Origin: Pelomyxa schiedti
Taxonomy: Eukaryota > Protista > Evosea
Length of the DNA: 64,000 nucleotides
Assembly: GCA_020536535.1 (NCBI GenBank)
Contig: JAHLWZ010000625.1
Coordinates: 20,201 to 84,200 of the forward strand
Direction: 5' to 3'
Shown here one piece after another: positions 62,067 to 64,000 of the stretch. Under the pieces are notes generated by a model. That model saw only the letters and a list, made by a program, of their open reading frames with translations. It had not been told where the DNA came from and ran no database searches. Each line of letters opens with the position of its first letter. The first letter of the stretch is position 1. A program made the translations under genes and the position numbers.

Positions 62067-63978
62067 TCAAAGCCTTGGTTGCAAACTAAAGAAATTTGAG
62101 TTTGCAAAGTAGAAACAGCTAGTACAAAAAGTACAAACCTTTTGGGGGGACTATGTGAAAGAGGTGGAGACTGGTGCCTGGGTTTTTCTCTGTCTCTGTC
62201 ACTGTCATAGCCTCCCGGGTATTCAGTGTCTGGTGTGCGGTCTGCATCCCTGCTACTTCGGCCTTTGCTACTACTCTTTGTGTTGTTGGTTCCTGTCCCT
62301 GGGCTTGAAGTGGCTGCCGAAGCGGACTTGGCTGGCCAGGTCCGGTCTTTTTCTTTGGGTTTGTCGGTGTCTGTGGGCTTGTCCTTTTCTGTTTGTTCCG
62401 GTTCAACATCACTTTCTCCTCTCCTGGGTTCAAACTCCTCGTTCCGCTCCCTACTTTCTCCTTCCCGACCTTCTCTGTTGCGGTCTCTGTCATTGTCTAT
62501 CCCTCTATCTCTGTCGTGACTGTGCTCCCGGCTTCTGTCTCTATCTGACTCATGATCAGTGTGCGCCCTGCTTCTATCTCTGTCACGGTCTCTTCCTCTC
62601 TCACTATCGCGGCTATGATCACGGCTCCTCCCCCTATCTCTGTCTCTATCTCTGTTACGGTCTCTGTCTCTATCTCTTTCTTTATTGTCTCTTGCCCTGT
62701 CTCTGTCAGAATCCATATCTACTGGATCCCGGTCCCTCTCCTGTTCTCTTTCCCTCTCTCTTTCCCGTTCTCTTTCTCTTTCTCTTTCTCGTTCTCTTTC
62801 CCGATCATGGTCACGATCACGGATTGGCCGAACCAGAAGATCCCTCGAGTCCTTTCTTTCAGTTTTGGCATAGGCAAGGGAAAGACCTTTAGTGTCTGCA
62901 GGTTCCATTCTGTGTAAAATTGAGTGCCACAAACGCAATGTATTTATACCTGTAACCCTGCAGGTAGTGCATGGCATTAGTTGCTTGATACTTATTGTCA
63001 TACTCCACAAAGCACAAAAAGAATCTTGACACAGAGGATCGAGGTTCCTTGCGCACAAGACGCACACTTTGGAAGCCCTTGTAGGGTGGCTCAGTCCAAA
63101 CTACAATTGAAAGCATTATACCTGAAACGGTCGAAATATGTGTGCCATCTCTCTCTCAGTGGCGTCACTTGGAACACCTTCCACAAAGAGGGTGTTGCTG
63201 GCATCAGGTGGGAGAGGTGGAAACATTCCCTGGGAAGTTGTGAGGGGAAACACCACTTTGGTGATGGTTGAGATCAAGTTTAAGGTGCGATGGAGTGAGG
63301 TTTGTGCAGGGAGGGACATATAAGCATGTGGGATAACATGGACTATGGGGTCATGTGTTTGGCACATTGGCAAAAACGATTTGTGAAGGGAAATGGAGGT
63401 GTTGGAGGTGGGAAACACACAGGAATGCCCGAAGGAGTGCCAGGGGCCATAAAAGGAGGAGATATGATAGGAGTGATAACACCTGGATGTACTGTATTGT
63501 TGTACATATCAGGTGGGGGTGCAGGAAGGAGAGGGGCACTATGAGAACTGTGGGAGGAAGAGTGACTGCTCCCGCTACTACTATGGTGATGTGAAGCAGT
63601 TGTCACTGTAGACATCAGACCGGAACGAGAGGGTAAAGGAGCAGGTATCAAAGACGAACTAGGAGAAAGAGAGCCAACCCGAGGAATTGTAGCTGGTCTT
63701 GAAGATTCCATTTTTGAAACTGGTATGAAGTTTTGTAAGGAAAAAAGTCTGAGTTACTGCCATACCCTCTTCAAATTCCGGTCTATCCCTCTTCCTGTGG
63801 CGCAATATCGTGCTGGAATGGGCAAACTCAATGGCTAGCAATTTGTATTAATACAAAAAAAAGGTAGATAAAAAAGTACCAACGCCTGTATCTCCAGATC
63901 CATACTTTACACCTTGCAGATAATCGCGTGCCCTGGAAGCAGAATTGACATCTTCGAACTCAACAAATCCAACCAAGC
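62067..63978 (-). CDS. Tandem-RRM RNA-binding protein (RBPMS/plant NSR-like RRM) with RD/RE-rich tail; 5' end outside the window
   Basis: End of RRM1 LVGFVEFEDVNSASRARDYLQG; RRM2 DASNTLFVEGVPSDATEREMAHIFRPFQGFQSVRLV...LCFVEY...AMHYLQGY; long (RD/RE)n tract. Confidence 0.8.
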
Positions 63979-64000
63979 TGGGGGGGGGGGGGGGGGGGGG
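63979..64000. repeat. Poly-G homopolymer at the window end
   Basis: Run of 22 G. Confidence 0.9.

Noticed and set aside
63979-64000. Poly-G as a telomere or G-quadruplex element
   Set aside because: It sits at an intron acceptor region of the RRM gene (poly-C on the coding strand) at the window edge and may be a sequencing or assembly artefact.

Overview
Gene-dense eukaryotic DNA with many short spliceosomal introns (mostly about 40-60 nt, GT-AG), so the ORF track breaks almost every gene into pieces. I spliced the genes by eye. The gene content suggests an anaerobic amoebozoan, probably an archamoeba of the Pelomyxa type. This is an inference from the ADP-forming acetyl-CoA synthetase, an ANK-BTB-bromodomain protein and expanded lineage-specific repeat-protein families. 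About 28 protein genes are present, including glutathione synthetase, eIF2B-delta, IDI, a SIMPL protein, a Cys-less pentameric ligand-gated channel, an NRF-6-type acyltransferase, a VAMP7-like SNARE, PI-PLC, GPN1, a GT8 glycosyltransferase, AIP1/WDR1, Ub-S27a, CDK7 and an RRM protein. There are also two divergent tRNA genes, one decayed gene copy and a hairpin-repeat array. The strongest novelty candidate is a spliced gene at 2943-5016 that joins an atypical Rho-like GTPase, an F-box and a Vint-type Hint autoprocessing domain. Other highlights: a clear U12-type AT-AC intron in IDI; a probable Pgm1/IQCH-like region fused to glutathione synthetase; a ubiquitin moiety ending LRLDGG (R74D); a membrane-tethered ATF6/CREB3-like bZIP; and an array of two classes of hairpin with the same geometry. 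Family assignments come from recognising motifs, not from database searches, and some exon boundaries are approximate.
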